Shown: in pieces, positions 1 through 9,402 of the stretch
Position numbering within the stretch: position 1 is the first letter of the stretch
Layout of the letters: every line of letters begins with the position of its first letter
Assembly (NCBI GenBank): GCA_040081625.1
Contig: JBEBGD010000001.1
Location: 129,748-193,747 of the forward strand
DNA length: 64,000 nt
Source of the DNA: Chthoniobacteraceae bacterium
GTDB lineage: Bacteria > Verrucomicrobiota > Verrucomicrobiia > Chthoniobacterales > Chthoniobacteraceae
Reading direction: 5' to 3'
Position numbers and translations under genes: made by a program
Notes under the pieces: generated by a model
The model's database searches: none
What the model was told of the DNA's origin: nothing
What the model saw: only the letters and a program-made list of their open reading frames with translations

Positions 1-927
<927 letters not shown>

Positions 928-931
<4 letters not shown>

Positions 932-1626
932 GGAAGCGGCGAGGCTACCGGGAAGCTGCGCGCGCGCAAACGGGCAAGTGCGTCCGGGTCGGGCGGGTCG
1001 GCTTCAGCGCCGGGATGGAAGTAGATCTCGCTCGTGCCTTCGCCGGCTTGCGCGAATGCGCGCTCGAACGCGGCGAGCGTCATGCGGCCCGTGTCTCGCA
1101 GGCCGAAGACGCGATCTGCGAATCCGATGCCGGTGCGCAGGTGAGGAATCGCGGCGCGGCTGAGTCGCTCGAAAATCCACGGGAGCAGCGCGGGCGGGCC
1201 GGGTTCGCGGACGAGTCGGGTGAAGGTGAAGCCATGCTCGCGAGCGATGGGCAGCGTGAGCCGGAGCACGACCGGGTGCAGGTGCAGGTGCAGGTGCCCG
1301 TCCCAATACGCCGGCGCGAAACCAAGCGCGCGAAACTTCCCGAACTGCGCGGCGATCTCGCTGCGCAGCGGGATGCGGGCGCGCGGATCGAAGGCGAAGC
1401 GGAGGCCGTGCAGCGCGGGCGAGCGCTCGCAAAGCGCAAGGTGCAGGCCGACGCGCAACGCGGGATTCCGCCGCGCGATGGCGACGGCCTCCTCGACGTG
1501 CGGCGCGGCGACCATGAGGCTGGCACGGTCGAGCGCGCCGGCGCGGTGGTAGCGCTCGATCTGCGCGTTCACTTCCGGGCTCAGGCCGAAGTCGTCGCCG
1601 GTGATGAGGATTTCGCGCGCTGGCAT
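928..1626 (-). CDS. ChbG/HpnK (YdjC-like) family carbohydrate deacetylase
   Basis: Motifs [40 protein letters not shown]. Likely start [12 protein letters not shown] at 1626. Its stop overlaps the trpB start (ATGA). Confidence 0.85.
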
Positions 1627-1715
1627 CGGCGGACATCGAACCGAACGCCGCGCCGCGCGCAAGCTTGCGACGAATTGCTTTCGTCCGCGCGAGTCCCGGG
1701 CTTAGCTGCGCCGAC

Positions 1716-2552
1716 ATGGTCGAAATCGGTCGTCGCCACAAATTGCGCGCAGTTCGCGCCGCCCCGCCGGGGCTTTTCCTCGACGGGGAAGACCTCGGCG
1801 AAATCCTGCTGCCGGGCAGCCTCATCCCGCCGGGCGTCGGCATCGGCGGCGACGTCGATGTCTTCATCTATTGCGACTCGGAAGATCGGCTCGTGGCGAC
1901 CACGACGATGCCGCGCGTGATGGCGGGTGAAGTCGAGTGCCTGGAAGTCGTCGGTGGCAACCGGCAACTCGGCGCCTTCCTCGACTGGGGTCTGCCCAAG
2001 GATTTGCTGCTCCCGATGCGCGACCAGACCGGCCGCATTCGTGACGGCGATCGGGTGGTCGTCTTCGTTTACGTCGATGAAGTCTCCGGTCGCATCGTGG
2101 CGAGCATGCGGCTGGACAAGTTTTTGGATCGCGAGCCACCGCGCTACGAACCGGGGCAGCGCGTGGCCTTGCTCATCGCCGAGGAGACCGATCTCGGTTA
2201 CAAGGCGGTCATCGAAAACGCGCACTGGGGTCTGCTCTACCACAGCGATCTCGGCGCCGGGCTCGCTGTCGGCGCGCGGTTGGATGGCTACGTCCGTGAG
2301 ATCCGGCCCGATGGAAAAATCGACCTCACGCTCAGCCGGGCCGGCCGCAGCACCGTGCCGCCGCTCGCGCTACGCATCGTCGAGGCGTTGCGTGCAAACG
2401 GCGGCCAGCTCGACCTCGACGACAGCAGCCCGCCCGAGCTGATCCGTGCGAGATTTTCGGTGAGCAAGAAGGCATTCAAGCAAGCCATCGGCGCGCTCTA
2501 TCGCGAACGGCGCATCCGGCTTGATGGCGGAGCGATTCGGCTGGTCGAGTGA
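1716..2552 (+). CDS. CvfB/YitL-family S1 RNA-binding domain protein
   Basis: MVEIGRRHKLRAVR..GLFLD..EILLP, VFIYCDSEDRLVATT, GAFLDWGLPKDLLLP, and a C-terminal winged-helix-like DDSSPPELIRARFSVSKKAFKQAIGALYRERRI. Start moved to ATG 1716. Confidence 0.9.
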   Translation: MVEIGRRHKLRAVRAAPPGLFLDGEDLGEILLPGSLIPPGVGIGGDVDVFIYCDSEDRLVATTTMPRVMAGEVECLEVVGGNRQLGAFLDWGLPKDLLLPMRDQTGRIRDGDRVVVFVYVDEVSGRIVASMRLDKFLDREPPRYEPGQRVALLIAEETDLGYKAVIENAHWGLLYHSDLGAGLAVGARLDGYVREIRPDGKIDLTLSRAGRSTVPPLALRIVEALRANGGQLDLDDSSPPELIRARFSVSKKAFKQAIGALYRERRIRLDGGAIRLVE

Positions 2553-2648
2553 TTCGATGTTCGCCGCCGTAATTCTCCCGGCCATTTTCATGCGACTTTT
2601 TGGCAAGGACACGCAGCGGGTTTTCAGCGAGGAAGGCGCGCACTCTCG

Positions 2649-4178
2649 ATGATCTCTCCGCGTATCACCTCCCGGTTTCTCCTGCTGTTTGCGCTGATTT
2701 CCGCGCGGCTGGCCGCGCAGGTGCCGGCGCCATGGAACCAGCACGGGGGCGATCCGCAGCACTCGGCGATCGCGGCGATGCCGTCGCAGTCGCTGGCGAG
2801 CATCCGCTGGAGCACGACGGTGGACGAGAACAACCCGGCGGCGCCGATCCTGATTCACTACGGTTCGCCGCTGGCGACGGCGGCGAATACGATCATCGTT
2901 CCGGTGCGTGCGACGGGTGGTGCGTATCGCGTCGAGGCGCGGCGGGGCAGCGATGGCTCGATGCTTTGGGGCAGGACGACCGACTTCATCAATGCGCCGT
3001 CGCGCGGTGGCTGGGTGCCGAATTTCTCGCCCGCGTTGTCGTCGTCCGGCTCGCTCTTCTATCAAGGCATCGGCGGCACCGTGTATCGTGTGGACAATCC
3101 GAATGCACAGTCCGTCGCGCCGGTGCAGCTCAGTTTTCTAGCCGACTACGCGGCGAACAAGGCGGCTTACGACGGCACGGTTTTCGTCAGCACGCCGATC
3201 ACCTCGGATACGGCGGGGAATGTCTATTTCGGCTACGAAGTGAGCGGCTCGGCACCGGGCGGGCTGACGAGCGGGATCGCGCGGATCGAGCCGAATGGGA
3301 ACGCGGTTTATACCTCGGCGGACATCGCGGCGGGGCTCTCGGGCGCGACTGGTTTTCGCATGGGCACAAACAGCGCGCCGGCTCTCTCGCACGATGGTTC
3401 CAAGCTTTACGTCGCGCTCAAGGGCGATAGCGGATCCTATCTCGCGGCGATCGATAGCGCGACGCTCGCGCCGCAGCAGCGTGTCGCGCTCACTGGTTTC
3501 ATTCACGACGCCGGCACCTCATCGCCGACGGTCGGGCCGGACGGGCATGTGTATTTCGGGGCGCTGCCCGGTTACCATTCCCGCGGGACGCTCCAGCATT
3601 TTTCCGGGGATCTTTCGCAGACGTTCACGCCGGGCTCGTTCGGGTGGGATCAGACCGTCTCGATCGTGCCGGCGTCGATGGTGCCGGGTTACACGGGTCC
3701 GTCGAGCTACCTGATCTTTTCCAAATACAACGACTACAAGCAGGCGGGCGGGACCGGGCTCAACCAGCTCGCGATTCTCGATCCGAACGACACGCAGATC
3801 GACCCGGTCACGGGTCAGCCTGTGATGAAGGAAGTGCTGACGATCGCGGGCGTGACGCCCGACGGCGCGGCGCCCGCGGTGCGCGAGTGGTGCATCAATA
3901 CGTCGGTGGTCGATCCGTTCACGGGCTCGATCCTGGCGAACAGCGAGGACGGGCGCCTTTACCGCTGGGACCTGGCGACGAACAGCTTCACGGAGACGAT
4001 CGAACTGGTCGCGGTGGGGGCGCGCGAAGCTTACACGCCGACGATGATGGGACCGGACGGGACGGTGTATGCGATCAACCGCGCGAGGCTTTTCGCCGTC
4101 GGCGTGCCCGAACCGGGTGTGGCGGCGCTGCTGGCGGTTGGCGCGCTCGTGCTCTGCCGGCGTCAGCGGCGGCGGTAG
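2649..4178 (+). CDS. Secreted PEP-CTERM protein, probable beta-propeller of unknown function (509 aa)
   Basis: Signal peptide (FLLLFALISARLAA/Q); PQQ-like blade motifs (SPALSSSGSLF, SAPALSHDGSKLYV, SSPTVGPDGHVYFG, YTPTMMGPDGTVYAIN); C-terminal VPEP (4104-4115) followed by a hydrophobic helix and RRQRRR. Confidence 0.85.
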   Translation: MISPRITSRFLLLFALISARLAAQVPAPWNQHGGDPQHSAIAAMPSQSLASIRWSTTVDENNPAAPILIHYGSPLATAANTIIVPVRATGGAYRVEARRGSDGSMLWGRTTDFINAPSRGGWVPNFSPALSSSGSLFYQGIGGTVYRVDNPNAQSVAPVQLSFLADYAANKAAYDGTVFVSTPITSDTAGNVYFGYEVSGSAPGGLTSGIARIEPNGNAVYTSADIAAGLSGATGFRMGTNSAPALSHDGSKLYVALKGDSGSYLAAIDSATLAPQQRVALTGFIHDAGTSSPTVGPDGHVYFGALPGYHSRGTLQHFSGDLSQTFTPGSFGWDQTVSIVPASMVPGYTGPSSYLIFSKYNDYKQAGGTGLNQLAILDPNDTQIDPVTGQPVMKEVLTIAGVTPDGAAPAVREWCINTSVVDPFTGSILANSEDGRLYRWDLATNSFTETIELVAVGAREAYTPTMMGPDGTVYAINRARLFAVGVPEPGVAALLAVGALVLCRRQRRR

Positions 4179-4876
4179 AATGCGCGGTGCAGCGTGAGGA
4201 GGCGCGCGAGTTCGACGATCGGAGTGGTGTGATCGTCCACGCGCAGGTCGATGTAACGATCGTTGTCGCCGCCGGGGCCGGCGTTCGCGCGGACCACGAG
4301 CAGCGCGGCGCTCTGCTGCCCGCGCCGGTCGCCGCCGGCGGCTTGCGCTGCTTCGAGCGCGGCGACGAGCCACTCGGCGAGTTCGCCTTCGCCGGTGGCG
4401 CGCGCTTTCTCGAAGGCAGTGGCCATGGCGGGAATGACGGCGTCGCCGGCGAGGAGGTTGCCCTGCACGGAGAAGTGCTCGCCGGTGTGATGCGCCGCGG
4501 TGGCGATGCACTCGGTGCCGGTGTGCGCGGCGACGCGGCCGGTGGCGTCGATCATCGCGACCTGTCGCACGGCGCGGCGCTCGTCTCTGGAAAGGAGGCT
4601 GGCGAGGGCTTCGTTTGGCGCTTTGCCGACTGCCATGAGCGCGAGGCCGTCGGGGCCGTAGCCGACTTTCGCGAGGGCCTGCGTGGCGACGGCGCCGACG
4701 CCCGCCTTCGCCCACGGCACGACGCTGCCGACGCCGAAATACTTGCTCTGCACGGCGATGCCGAGGTCGCCGGTTTTCGGGTCGAAGGCGACGATGGAGA
4801 AGGTGTGGACGGCGGGATCTGCAGCGCGCGCGGTGGCGATGACGAAGAGGAAGGCGAGGAGGTAGAGGCTGCGCAT
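4163..4876 (-). CDS. DUF1028 family (Ntn-hydrolase-like) protein with signal peptide
   Basis: HTFSIVAFDPKTGDLGIAVQSKYFGVGSVVPWAKAGVGAVATQA, QGNLL, GGDRRGQQSAALLV, DLRVDDH are DUF1028 motifs. Its 3' end overlaps the PEP-CTERM gene by 16 bp. Confidence 0.88.
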   Translation of the reverse strand: MRSLYLLAFLFVIATARAADPAVHTFSIVAFDPKTGDLGIAVQSKYFGVGSVVPWAKAGVGAVATQALAKVGYGPDGLALMAVGKAPNEALASLLSRDERRAVRQVAMIDATGRVAAHTGTECIATAAHHTGEHFSVQGNLLAGDAVIPAMATAFEKARATGEGELAEWLVAALEAAQAAGGDRRGQQSAALLVVRANAGPGGDNDRYIDLRVDDHTTPIVELARLLTLHRAFYRRR

Positions 4877-4921
4877 CGGTGCGGTGTAGCAGAGCGCGGG
4901 AGCGCGTGCTATCCCTCAGCC

Positions 4922-5725
4922 ATGCTCAAGTTCACCAAGATGAATGGCGCCGGGAATGACTTCGTGATGGTCGATAACCGCGACCTCAAGATTTCGCTTT
5001 CGCGGGACGAGGTCGCGCTGCTTTGCGACCGGCACCGCGGCGTCGGCGCGGATGGGCTGATCGCGGTCGAGCCGGCCGAGAACGGCGCGGATTTCAAGAT
5101 GCGCTACTACAACGCCGACGGCGGTGAGGCGGAGATGTGCGGCAATGGCGCGCGCTGCTTCGCGCGATTCGCCTGCCGGCTCGCGGGGCGAACAGATGCG
5201 CTCACTTTCGAGACGATGGCGGGCGTGGTCGGCGCGGAGCTGCTCGACGAGAACGTGCGTCTGCGCATGAGCCAGCCGAAGGATCTCGCGCTCGGCGCGA
5301 AGCTCGATGTGCATGGCGCGGAGCTCACGGTGCATTTCGTGAACACCGGCGTGCCGCACGCGATCGTGGTCGTGGAGGACATCGGCAAGGCGGACGTGCT
5401 GCGCGACGGCGCGGCGCTGCGTTACCACGATCACTTCGCGCCGAAGGGCACGAACGCGAACTTCATCGAGGTGCAGGGGCCGCGCCTCCTGACAATCCGC
5501 ACCTACGAGCGCGGCGTGGAAGGCGAGACGCTCGCGTGCGGCACCGGCGTGTGCGCGGCGGCGCTCATCCACAGCGCGCTCACCGGCGCGGAGTCGCCGG
5601 TAGAGGTGCGTGTGAAAGGCGGCGATACGCTCAGCGTCGGCTTCGCGAAAAGCGGCGAGACGTTCAGCGATGTGACGCTGACCGGGCCGGCGGATTTCGT
5701 CTTCGACGGCGAAATCGCGGTGTAG
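4922..5725 (+). CDS. dapF: Diaminopimelate epimerase
   Basis: MLKFTKMNGAGNDF, GVGADGLI, YNADGGEAEMCGNGARC, NTGVPH, RTYERGVEGETLACGTG. True start is ATG 4922 inside the 693-aa track ORF. Confidence 0.97.
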   Translation: MLKFTKMNGAGNDFVMVDNRDLKISLSRDEVALLCDRHRGVGADGLIAVEPAENGADFKMRYYNADGGEAEMCGNGARCFARFACRLAGRTDALTFETMAGVVGAELLDENVRLRMSQPKDLALGAKLDVHGAELTVHFVNTGVPHAIVVVEDIGKADVLRDGAALRYHDHFAPKGTNANFIEVQGPRLLTIRTYERGVEGETLACGTGVCAAALIHSALTGAESPVEVRVKGGDTLSVGFAKSGETFSDVTLTGPADFVFDGEIAV

Positions 5726-5732
5726 GGCGTTC

Positions 5733-5918
5733 TTACCGCTCTCTGCTCCCGAGCAGCTTCAAGATATGCCGTGCGAGGTGTTCCTTGATCTCGCGGTGCC
5801 GCGGCACCGGTTGCGCGATCTTCGTTGTCGGATTCTGATACCAGTCGTGCTTCCCGCCGTGGCGGATGAAGACACAGCCGAGGTCTTCGATCTTCTTGAT
5901 GAGGTCGCGATGCTTCAC
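5733..5918 (-). CDS. hicA: HicA-family toxin (mRNA interferase)
   Basis: GTG start at 5918 overlapping the upstream stop (GTGA). MKHRDLIKKIEDLGCVFIRHGGKHDWYQNP...QPVPRHREIKEHLARHILK carries the HicA G-x-H and VPRH motifs. Confidence 0.88.
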   Translation of the reverse strand: MKHRDLIKKIEDLGCVFIRHGGKHDWYQNPTTKIAQPVPRHREIKEHLARHILKLLGSRER

Positions 5919-6106
5919 GCCACTTCCAATTCGGCGCGGTGGCGCACGCACGGAATCTCGCCTGAAGTGAGATCGCGATACACGTCGAGCAGGTGCGCCT
6001 TCAAATCCTCCAGCGACTCACCCTGCGTGAGATAATCCGGAAACTGATCGAGATACCCGAGCCACGCGTCGCCGTCCTGCCAGTAGGTGAAAGCGAGAGT
6101 TTTCAT
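5915..6106 (-). CDS. hicB: Short HicB-family antitoxin (63 aa)
   Basis: MKTLAFTYWQDGDAWLGYLDQFPDYLTQGESLEDLKAHLLDVY contains the P..TQGESLE motif of the HicB N-terminal domain; translationally coupled to hicA. Confidence 0.85.
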   Translation of the reverse strand: MKTLAFTYWQDGDAWLGYLDQFPDYLTQGESLEDLKAHLLDVYRDLTSGEIPCVRHRAELEVA

Positions 6107-6113
6107 GGCCGCC

Positions 6114-6141
6114 ACGCTATCGCCCGAGCGACGGAACGCAA
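6114..6141 (-). promoter_or_regulatory. Putative sigma70-type promoter of hicBA (probably leaderless)
   Basis: Minus strand reads TTGCGT-N16-TAGCGT-N7-ATG(6106); no Shine-Dalgarno. Confidence 0.45.
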
Positions 6142-6160
6142 GCCGGGCGCATCCTCCCAC

Positions 6161-6189
6161 TTGCCGCGCCCGCCCGCGTCGCTTAGAAC
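6161..6189 (+). promoter_or_regulatory. Putative sigma70-type promoter of dapA-dapB-folK-panB
   Basis: TTGCCG(6161)-N17-TAGAAC(6184)-N9-ATG(6199); no Shine-Dalgarno. Confidence 0.4.
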
Positions 6190-6198
6190 CGCCGCCCT

Positions 6199-7077
6199 AT
6201 GTTTTCCGGCACTTATACGGCGCTCGTTACGCCGTTTCGCAATGACCAGGTCGATGACGCGGCTTTCGAGGCGCTGATCGAGGCGCAGATCGCGGCGGGC
6301 ATCGACGGGATCGTGCCGGTGGGCACGACTGGCGAATCGCCGACGCTCGACCACGCGGAGCACTTGCGCGTGATCCAGCGCGCGGTCGAGATCGCGAAGG
6401 GGCGTTGCAAGGTGATGGGCGGCACGGGCTCGAATTCGACGGTCGAGGCGGTCGCGATGACGGTCGAGGCGGAGAAGGTCGGCGCGGATGCGGCGTTGCT
6501 CGTCGCGCCTTATTACAACAAGCCTTCGCAGGAGGGACTCTTCCGCCACTTCTCGGCGATCGCCGCAGCGTCGAAGCTGCCGCTGATGCTTTACTCGATC
6601 CCCGGCCGGTGCGGGATCGAGATCGCGGTCGAGACGGTCGCACGGCTCGCGAAGGCGTGCCCGACGATCGTCGCGATCAAGGAAGCGGGCGGCGCGGTGG
6701 ATCGCGTGGGCGCGCTGCGACAGGTGCTGCCGGATTCCTTCGACATCCTTTCGGGCGACGACTCGCTCACGCTGCCCTTCATCGCGACGGGTGCGCGCGG
6801 CGTGGTGAGCGTGGCGTCGAACATCGTGCCGAAGGAAGTCGGCGACATGGTGCGCGCGGCGCTCGCGGGGCGGCTGGGCGAGGCGACGGCGCTGCACGAG
6901 AAATACTTTTCGCTCTACAAGGATCTCTTCATCGAGCCGAACCCGGTGCCGACCAAATACGCGCTCTCGCTGCAAGGTCGCATGACGCCGGACGTGCGGC
7001 TGCCGCTTTGCGAAATGAGCGACGCGAACAAGGCGAAGCTCACGACGACGCTGCGCAGCCTCCAACTCGTTCCCTGA
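6199..7077 (+). CDS. dapA: 4-hydroxy-tetrahydrodipicolinate synthase
   Basis: TALVTPF, VPVGTTGESPTL, GTGSNST, APYYNKPSQEG, LYSIPGR, IKEA, LSGDD, FIEPNPVPTK. Confidence 0.98.
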   Translation: MFSGTYTALVTPFRNDQVDDAAFEALIEAQIAAGIDGIVPVGTTGESPTLDHAEHLRVIQRAVEIAKGRCKVMGGTGSNSTVEAVAMTVEAEKVGADAALLVAPYYNKPSQEGLFRHFSAIAAASKLPLMLYSIPGRCGIEIAVETVARLAKACPTIVAIKEAGGAVDRVGALRQVLPDSFDILSGDDSLTLPFIATGARGVVSVASNIVPKEVGDMVRAALAGRLGEATALHEKYFSLYKDLFIEPNPVPTKYALSLQGRMTPDVRLPLCEMSDANKAKLTTTLRSLQLVP

Positions 7078-7078
7078 C

Positions 7079-7822
7079 ATGGCTGCGCTGCTCCGACTGC
7101 TCATCAACGGCTCGAAAGGGCGCATGGGCCAGACGCTGGTCGCTTGCGCGAAGGAAGACGCGGCGCTCGAGGTCGTCGCGCAGGTCGATGTCGGCGACGA
7201 CTTCGTCGCGGCACTGTCGAAGTGCGATGCGGTCATCGACTTCTCGCATCACACGACGATCGGGTCGGTGCTCGCGCGCTGCGTGGAGCACGGAAAGACG
7301 CTCGTCATCGGCACGACGGGGCACACGGACGTGCAGGTCGCATCGATCCGGCACGCGGCGGGGCAGGTCCCGATCGTGTTTGCGCCGAACTACAGCGTCG
7401 GGGTGAACACTCTTTTCTGGCTCACGCGGAAAGCGGCGGAAATCCTCGGGCCGGGCTTCGATCTCGAGGTTGTCGAGATGCATCACCGGCTGAAAAAGGA
7501 TTCGCCGAGCGGCACGGCGAAGCGGCTCGCGGAGATCCTCGCGGAGGTGCGCGGGTTGCAATACAACGACGACGTGAAGCATGGACGACACGGCATCGTC
7601 GGCGAGCGCACGGGCGCGGAGATCGGCATGCACGCTGTGCGCGGCGGCGACGTGGTGGGCGACCACACGGTCATCTACGCCACCAACGGCGAGCGGGTGG
7701 AACTCACGCACAAGGCGTCGAGCCGGGAGACGTTCGCGCGCGGGGCGCTGCGGGCGGCGCTGTGGGCGCACGGACGCGCGTCGGGGCTTTACGACATGCA
7801 GGACGTGCTCGGGTTGAAGTGA
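7079..7822 (+). CDS. dapB: 4-hydroxy-tetrahydrodipicolinate reductase
   Basis: GSKGRMG, VIDFS, VIGTTG, APNYSVGVN, EMHHRLKKDSPSGTA, VRGGDVVGDH, FARGALRAA. Confidence 0.98.
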   Translation: MAALLRLLINGSKGRMGQTLVACAKEDAALEVVAQVDVGDDFVAALSKCDAVIDFSHHTTIGSVLARCVEHGKTLVIGTTGHTDVQVASIRHAAGQVPIVFAPNYSVGVNTLFWLTRKAAEILGPGFDLEVVEMHHRLKKDSPSGTAKRLAEILAEVRGLQYNDDVKHGRHGIVGERTGAEIGMHAVRGGDVVGDHTVIYATNGERVELTHKASSRETFARGALRAALWAHGRASGLYDMQDVLGLK

Positions 7823-7825
7823 AAC

Positions 7826-8509
7826 GTGAAAGAGATCGTCTTTCCGAAAGCGGACCTGGAGCGGAGTCGGAGGATGGTCGCGGAGCTCCAGTCGCTGATT
7901 AACCGCGAAACGGATCCGGAAAGGATCAGCGATTTACGCGAGGAAATCGGCAGCATCGGAATGGGGCATGTCATCAGTTGGGAGGATACGTTCGAGATGG
8001 GAGACCGGCGGCGGGCCGGCATCGCGCTCGGCTCGAATGTCGGCGATCGGATCGAGCATCTGCGCTCGGCGCGAGAGGCGGTGCTCGCCATCGCCGGGGT
8101 GGACGATCCGATCTTGTGCTCTCCAATCTACGAGACCGAGCCGGTCGGGACTGAGCCGCACGCGGGCAGTTTTTTCAACGCGGTGATCGATGTCGGGTTT
8201 GTCGGCGAGCCGCTCACGCTGCTCGACGCGCTCCAGCAGATCGAAGCGGCGCACGGGCGGCCTTCGAAACGTCCGCGCAACGCGCCGCGCACGCTCGATC
8301 TCGACATTCTCTACCTCGGAAATCTCGTGCTCTCGAACGAGGAAGTCGTCATCCCTCACCCGCGGCTGCACCAGCGGCGTTTCGTGCTCGCGCCGCTGGC
8401 GGACATCCGGCCGGAGCTGGTGCTGCCGGGGCAGCAGCGGTCGATCGGGCAGTTGCTTGCGGGCTTGAGTGACCCGGCGTCGGTCACGATGGTCGCGGAA
8501 ACTTGGTGA
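7826..8509 (+). CDS. folK: 2-amino-4-hydroxy-6-hydroxymethyldihydropteridine diphosphokinase (start uncertain: GTG 7826 or ATG 7997)
   Basis: IALGSNVGD, SPIYETEP, FFNAV, PRTLDLDIL, IPHPRLHQRRFVLAPLADI. The FolK fold begins at about 7997, which is preceded by GGAGG at 7981-7985. Confidence 0.93.
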   Translation: MKEIVFPKADLERSRRMVAELQSLINRETDPERISDLREEIGSIGMGHVISWEDTFEMGDRRRAGIALGSNVGDRIEHLRSAREAVLAIAGVDDPILCSPIYETEPVGTEPHAGSFFNAVIDVGFVGEPLTLLDALQQIEAAHGRPSKRPRNAPRTLDLDILYLGNLVLSNEEVVIPHPRLHQRRFVLAPLADIRPELVLPGQQRSIGQLLAGLSDPASVTMVAETW

Positions 8510-9282
8510 TGCACTCCGGCCTCGAACAGCTCAACTCGATGAAAGCGCGCGGCGACAAGATCGCCGTGCTGACGGCCTACGATTACCCGACGGCGCGGCT
8601 GCTCGACGAAGGCGGGATCGACCTGATCCTCGTCGGCGATTCGCTCGGCATGGTCGTGCTCGGCTACCCCGACACGACGCTCGTGACGCTCGATGAAATG
8701 CTCCACCACACGCGGGCCGTGGCGCGCGGGGTGAAGCGCGCGCCGATTCTCGCCGATCTGCCGATCGCGACCTACGACACGCTGGAGCAGGCGGTCGCGA
8801 GTTCGCGGAGGCTGATCGAGGCCGGCGCGCACGCGGTGAAGCTCGAAGGCGGCGCGTCGCACGCGGCGCAGATCGCGGCGCTCGCGGCGGCGGATATTCC
8901 GGTGATGGCGCACATCGGCATGCAGCCGCAGCGGGTGCGGATCGAGGGCGGCTATCGGATGAAGGGCAAGACGCCGGCGGAAGCGGACGCGCTGCTCGCT
9001 GATGCGCGCGTCGTCGAGGAGGCGGGCGCGTTCGCGCTGCTGCTCGAGCTGGTGCAGGCGGAGACGGCGCGCAGGATCACCGGGACGAGCGGGGTGCCGA
9101 CGATCGGTATCGGTGCGGGCGGGTTTTGCGACGGGCAGGTGCTCGTGACGCATGATCTGATCGGGCTGTTTCCGTGGTTCCAGCCGAAGTTCGTCGAGCA
9201 GGCGGGGAATGTGGCGGAGGAGATTCGCGGCGCGGTCGCGGAGTTCATCCGGCGGGTGAGGGGTGCGGACGGCGCGGCGTAA
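8509..9282 (+). CDS. panB: 3-methyl-2-oxobutanoate hydroxymethyltransferase
   Basis: LTAYDY, LILVGDSLGMVVLG, ADLP, AVKLEGG, HIG, PTIGIGAG..CDGQVLVTHD. Start coupled to the folK stop (TGATG). Confidence 0.97.
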   Translation: MHSGLEQLNSMKARGDKIAVLTAYDYPTARLLDEGGIDLILVGDSLGMVVLGYPDTTLVTLDEMLHHTRAVARGVKRAPILADLPIATYDTLEQAVASSRRLIEAGAHAVKLEGGASHAAQIAALAAADIPVMAHIGMQPQRVRIEGGYRMKGKTPAEADALLADARVVEEAGAFALLLELVQAETARRITGTSGVPTIGIGAGGFCDGQVLVTHDLIGLFPWFQPKFVEQAGNVAEEIRGAVAEFIRRVRGADGAA

Positions 9283-9402
9283 AGGATTTCTTTGCGTCAA
9301 CCATACAGTTTTCTCTCATTTTTTTCTCGCGTGCCGCGATCGCGGGCGGATTCTTGGCGCCTCCCACGCCCGGAACATTTTCCCACCCTTCCCGCCACTC
9401 CT

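Noticed and set aside
1275..1297. (GGTGCA)x~4 hexamer run as a contingency repeat
   Set aside because: It encodes the HLHLHLH part of the family's DGHxHxHxHP metal-binding motif; in frame and explained by protein constraint.
3644..4921. 426-aa N-terminal extension of DapF in the ORF track
   Set aside because: Overlaps the PEP-CTERM gene and the antisense DUF1028 gene; DapF homology starts at ATG 4922.
9354..9369. Possible sigma54 promoter (TTGGCGC-N5-ACGC, GG-N10-GC spacing) upstream of the giant gene
   Set aside because: The -12 box lacks TTGC, and GG-N10-GC is frequent by chance in such GC-rich DNA; not supportable.
9292..9402. TTG start giving 15,439 aa
   Set aside because: The first 37 codons read through the T-rich intergenic region; ATG 9403 directly opens a signal peptide.
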